Assembly: GCA_051942245.1 (NCBI GenBank)
Contig: JAVECL010000118.1
Location: forward strand, 1 to 50,122
Direction: 5' to 3'
DNA length: 50,122 nt
Source of the DNA: Trypethelium eluteriae
Taxonomy: Eukaryota
Shown one piece after another: positions 48,299-50,122 of the stretch. Numbering within the stretch: position 1 is the stretch's first letter; every line of letters starts with the position of its first letter. The notes under the pieces were generated by a model. The model was not told the origin of the DNA and searched no databases. It worked only from the letters and a program-made list of their open reading frames with translations. The position numbers and the translations under genes are program-made.

Positions 48299-48898
48299 AG
48301 TGTAGCAATGGAGACTCCAAGATTTCTTGACAAACTGGAGCGACACAGAGGAACATCAAAACCTACCGGGGGGAAGCTGTCAGTTTTGAGCTCGCACGGA
48401 ATTGACCCCTCTCAGGAACTTTTTTGGTTTCCGCGACATGACGCAGTGAGATCTGGGGAAGCTTGCCCAGAGAAGAAAGTCGAGTAGGATGGAGGCACGC
48501 ATCAACGGTATGACCGGGATTAAAAGGCGATGATAGTGACACCTGCTCCCAGGCTAATACGGTTTCTTACTGCATCAGGAAGGCGTGAAAGGGGTTTGGC
48601 GGGTTAAGCTTTTTATCACTGCAAAAGTGGAGCCGCAACTGCAATGTTTAGCGTGGCAGACATGGATGTTTCAAATGATATCATCTGCCCTTGCTTTGTG
48701 CGAACCGCGTCGGGGCCTGTAGTTTTATCCAAAATTGGCTAGAAAAGATAAACGATACGAGCAGCGCGGCGTCCGTGCTTGGTCAATCCTTGCGCTGTCT
48801 CAGCGAGCTTAGCAACGCGTTCATTCAGACAGCAAATCCAATCTCATGGTGTGGTGGGGGGAAGACGGAAGACAGGGGAATGACCATGTGGACTGACT

Positions 48899-49988
48899 AA
48901 TGGGGATCTCTTCGTCAATGTACGGCGTACCTTTCAGCCAAGTTCATTGTTGTCAACACCAGATGTAAAACCCCTCAATTGAAACAGAGTAGAGGCTGTC
49001 TTATGTCGTCTCTCCTGTTCTGCATTGAGTTGGGGGACTCCCCGACTGGATTCAGGCGCTTTGGTCAGAGGTGTCTTCGGAGAAGCGGGAAAGCAGGATG
49101 ACAATGCTTGTAATCAATATCCGCACTGAAGAGTAAGCATCCGACGGTCGAGATAACGAATTGGCATCTCATAGACGGGGAGGTCCCAGCAAAAATTGGT
49201 GCCATCAAGAGTGTAACCTATTTTTACTTTCCATTTCCTCTGCTCTTGATATTTTATGCGCTATCCAGTCTGAACATTTCTGAGTTCATCCAACATCGAA
49301 GGGAACCCCAGTAGGATATGACTTATTACAGATATAATCATGAACCTTGATTTTTAAACTTCCCACGTTTTCTTTTAGTAAACATTCAAAACGCAAATCA
49401 TGATTGGGGGATCCTCGCAACAAATTCTCGAGGTTTTAATGGTGGATAGAAATGCAAAGAGCTTTGCTATAGCTTATTATCTCTGAAATATTATTAGATT
49501 TTCATTTCATGAAGTTGAGAAAATCGAAAGATATGATCTTTGATCAGGGAGGCCCCCAACCAGATTCACGTTGAGATACGAAGATGAACAGTTCAACAAC
49601 CAGCTCCAGTTTTCAGCTCTTAACTCTTTAACTAGAAATTTTGAGCACGGAATCACCAGCACATTCAAGATTAGAGAGATCCTCATCAGGATATGGCTCA
49701 GTTACTTTACAGTATCATTTTTGTAGGTGAGACACAGTATCTCATTATATCATCCTCTTAGAAATTTCGGCAAGTGCTTCAAAACTCAAGATTTCAACAT
49801 CGGGGAGATCCCCAACCAAAAGATTTGGGACATTCATATGGGCTGAAAATTTTTCAAGACTAAAGATATCTAGTAAATTAAACAATCTCCCCCCTCCCAT
49901 GCCCCTCTCTGCCCTCCACCTAATTTCATTGAAAATTATCGGGGGGGTCCTCTAGTAGAATCTAGGCAGATTCTACTGGCCCCCGATA
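48899..49988. repeat. Degenerate periodic array of a semi-palindromic ~17-bp motif (consensus ~CGGGGAGATCCCCAACC) ending in a stem-loop
   Basis: Clear copies at 49029 (rev), 49176, 49545 and 49801; weaker copies at ~48900 (rev), 49297, 49403 (rev), 49672 and 49940. No ORF of 60 aa or more in the region. Confidence 0.65.
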
Positions 49989-50122
49989 CACACGCACCCT
50001 TCGAAAACCCAAATTTTCTCCTCCCGGAAAAAAACCCACCACCCACCAGCCTAGCCCTGCGAGCGGGTTAGGGGCTCCCTCGCCGTCCCAACCACGCTCG
50101 CCGCATCCACCATCTCCACCTC

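Noticed and set aside
49801..49817. Resemblance of GGGAGATCCC to the NF-kB site consensus (velvet proteins have a Rel-like fold)
   Set aside because: Short and suggestive only; nothing in the sequence links it to a specific factor.
48899..49988. CRISPR array interpretation of the periodic motif
   Set aside because: Eukaryotic context, degenerate repeats in both orientations, ~110-bp spacers and no cas genes.
50065..50073. GGGTTAGGG as a telomere repeat
   Set aside because: Only about 1.5 units, not an array.

Overview
This window is eukaryotic DNA from a filamentous ascomycete (Pezizomycotina). The evidence is short GT-AG introns with CTAAC/CTGAC branch sites, fungal gene families and RIP-like C>T scars. 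No rRNA, tRNA or CRISPR array was found. The first ~27.5 kb is mostly conventional genes: the 3' end of a DUF4484/DENND11-like gene, an ABM-fold protein, a GNAT, pyrG, an amino-acid permease, a secreted subtilase, a GT71 mannosyltransferase, a divergent PDC-like enzyme, prefoldin 4, an MFS transporter, an SDR and a Sac phosphatase. The 28-44 kb stretch looks accessory. It holds a divergently arranged trio (caspase-like protease, small SH3/Tudor-like protein, DUF6594 membrane protein), which is the best candidate for an undescribed system. It also holds signal-peptide-less surface proteins, RIP-damaged relics, an NLR-type TPR remnant and local duplications. An S10 carboxypeptidase follows. The last ~1.1 kb is ORF-free and carries a ~130-bp-periodic array of a semi-palindromic motif ending in a hairpin. 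A further copy of that motif abuts a 58-bp-arm hairpin at ~1.1 kb. All gene models were spliced by eye and all family calls come from motif recognition, not database searches.
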